Source: Ruditapes philippinarum
Taxonomy: Eukaryota
Assembly: GCF_026571515.1 (NCBI RefSeq)
Contig: NW_026859477.1
Span: 1-64,000, forward strand
DNA: 64,000 bases
Direction of reading: 5' to 3'
Shown: in pieces, positions 63,260 to 64,000 of the stretch
Numbering within the stretch: the first letter of the stretch is position 1
Layout: each line of letters begins with the position of its first letter
Position numbers and translations under genes: made by a program
The notes under the pieces: model-generated
Databases searched by the model: none
What the model was told of the DNA's origin: nothing
Seen by the model: only the letters and a program-made list of their open reading frames with translations

Positions 63260-64000
63260 TTAACAAATATGAAATTAGAAAGGAACATAAGAAAAAAGAA
63301 AGAAAAAAGTAGTTTTATAAAAAGTTGCTGTTATAAAGTGGCATATATTTTCTTCGAGTTATGCCCCTTCTCGGAAGAAAATTTCTATCACTTGCAACTC
63401 CGAGATTTTATTTGAAATACAGTAGTTTTATTTAGTTCAACAATAGAAGGAACATAACTATTCTAATTAGAAACATTTCATAGCCACCCCCTCCCTATAC
63501 AGGTATTTGAAAAATGAACTTCTTGCTTTTAATGATTGATGCTGTCATAATATACCTGATCTTCTAGCAAATTAATACATTTATAGTTTTAATAAAATCA
63601 CAGTGACATCGACACGCGAACTAATTTGTATAGTTACATGTAGCACATAACAGGCTGTCCAGCATCCCTAAAATTCCTAAGAAATCCTTTTTTTAGTTTG
63701 GCTAAAATTCCTAAAAAATAAAAAAATTCAAGGCGATTCCTAAAAATGCCACATTTTCTCACTTGAATTCCTAATTATGTTCATCTTTTGTTATAAACAT
63801 ACTTATAACTTTGAAAATGTTTTCATTTTATTTCTGTTTTAAAGCTCTTTTATAGCCATAATCTATGGTGTACAATACCAGACAAACATTGACGAACAGC
63901 CTATAACATTAACACATTGATATGGCCCTGTGACATATGTCACGGCCAGGGGCGGCAAATTGAGTTGTCCGTATTGTCCAAGTTGTCCCACAGTCTGTTC

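Overview
AT-rich, repeat-dense eukaryotic genomic DNA with spliceosomal introns and one N gap. The repeat families and gene types suggest a bivalve mollusc (inference, not verified). Four protein-coding loci are supported. (1) A + strand LRR-Ig single-pass membrane protein, 15034-21849, 4 coding exons; exon 2 is only recognisable inside a homopolymer-corrupted assembly segment. (2) An intronless class A GPCR, 33786-34964 (-). (3) A two-exon cysteine-rich, somatomedin-B-like single-pass membrane protein, 47237-49582 (-), with a decayed tandem duplicate at 39131-40049. (4) The last 7 exons of an animal heme peroxidase, 55007-62707 (-). The rest is non-autonomous DNA transposons (hAT-, P/foldback-, Tc1-, Harbinger- and piggyBac-like MITEs; Helentron-like elements with internal arrays), tRNA-derived SINEs, LINE fragments, minisatellites and a local inverted duplication. 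The most notable observations are a minisatellite built from a peroxidase splice acceptor (about a dozen decoy 3' splice sites), the hidden LRR exon, a non-tRNA-headed retroposon with a pseudoknot-capable head, a dispersed covarying double-hairpin motif, and nested insertions whose order can be read from the sequence. I cannot claim a new biological system; these are candidates only.
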